Source: Octopus sinensis (taxonomy: Eukaryota). Taken from it: a stretch of 64,000 nt of DNA. Each line of letters begins with the position of its first letter. Position 1 is the first letter of the stretch. Below the pieces are notes generated by a model. It worked only from the letters and a program-made list of their open reading frames with translations. It was not told where the DNA came from and ran no database searches. The stretch covers positions 25,978,001-26,042,000 of the forward strand of contig NC_043007.1 in NCBI RefSeq assembly GCF_006345805.1, read 5' to 3'. Positions 62,624 through 64,000 of the stretch are shown here, piece after piece. The position numbers were made by a program, and so were the translations under genes.

Positions 62624-63402
62624 GGTTATAGGGGCACTTGAAAAAAAAAAATTCTTAATATTTTTTACTGTGGGAAAGTTAGCTTAGAGGAGCTTTACCT
62701 CTACTATCTCTTTACCCTTCCAACTATACATACAGGAGCTGAACATCAGATTTTATGGGAGCAAGTGATATGCTACTAACAAGGGCCAAATTACCTTTGT
62801 TATTGCTTAGAGGAGCCTTGCTTTTACTATCTCTCTCTGCTCATCAGGAATATTAGGAAATTTTGTGCAGGAGAATGATAACCCACAAAAAAAGAACCAA
62901 ATTGTTTATTATTACACCATATTAGCTTGAAAAAGCAAAAAAAAAAAAAAAACTCTGAAAAATGGCAGAATGGTCATGGCTGGAATGCTTTTGATCAAAG
63001 ATTTGATCAATCAAACCCAACCTTAGACAAAACATATTTCTCAATATAGTAATGTTGCTGCTACTGCAACAACAACAACAAAAACTACTGCTACTACTAC
63101 TTATAACGATAGTACTTTTAAAGTAATCTTTAAAAGAAATGTTATTTGAAATCCTTATCCAACATCAATAAACAATTTTTTTTATTACTTTTTCTTTTTG
63201 TCTGTAAAAAACTGTCAATAAATCATTGTTGTTGTTGTGGTGATGATGATGGTGACCTTTATAGTTTCTCTAACAAATGATCATTCGAGTTATAAAACAA
63301 TTTTGCTTTCATAACAGCATTTTAATTTTTTTCTTTATAATATTTTCTTACATTGTCAGAAGGTAACATCTGAAGGGAAGAGAGAGAGAGAGAGATATAG
63401 AA

Positions 63403-63433
<31 letters not shown>

Positions 63434-63953
63434 TATATGATTCTCTTTTGGAATGGTAAGGCTCGAAGCAGAAAAGCTATAAATAATAGCATACAAATAT
63501 TGGGTTAAAAGAAAAAAAAAATATCTTGAATAGAAAAAGTTGGAGGCTGCCAGTATACATCTCTTGTAAATATATCATCAGCCCCCTCACCCCCCACGTT
63601 ACTGGTTTGCATTTTATCAATTGAATGATATAAGGTAGTTCTTAAATTGAGAAATTCTAGGCTCCCTTTGAATATTAGTGAATATATATTTTTTGCCCCC
63701 ATTTCCTTTCCTTATTTATGAAGAAACAAAACTATTTGGATTCGTATATATATATATATAATTTTTCTATTTTCACTTGTCTTGGATAAATTTAAAATGT
63801 TTAAAACAATCTTAATTTTATTTAACATGGCAATTTGTTTGTCTCCTTTTCAATCTCCCCTATCTCATGGAAGACTGATGTATAAGACACAGTTAACCCC
63901 TGCTGGATTTGAAATGTTTCTAACATCAGACAAAGCCTCAAACGTTGTTTATG

Positions 63954-64000
<47 letters not shown>

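Overview
AT-rich, repeat-saturated animal genomic DNA. The SINE/MITE repertoire and dense (TA)n/(CA)n/(GA)n tracts match what I recall for Octopus; no search was run. There are no prokaryotic features, CRISPR arrays or rRNA, and I recognised no intact tRNA genes. No long ORF exists, and most ORF-track entries are microsatellite artefacts. Identifiable content: tRNA-headed SINEs (two families) plus an RTE-type SINE; decayed RTE and CR1/L2-type LINE fragments; Tc1/mariner remnants and MITEs; piggyBac-, hAT- and Merlin-like MITEs; non-autonomous Helitrons; Penelope-type repeats with minimal hammerhead-ribozyme folds; long foldbacks; several tandem duplications. Gene content is only tentative: an in-frame chain of three short minus-strand exons at 55.5-62.2 kb (WD40-like GH motif) and a few isolated plus-strand exons. 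The best second-look items are the covarying hammerhead motifs, a SINE that repeatedly lands in SINE heads, two GG...CC/8-bp-TSD MITE families with telomere-like cores, and a twin-primed SINE.
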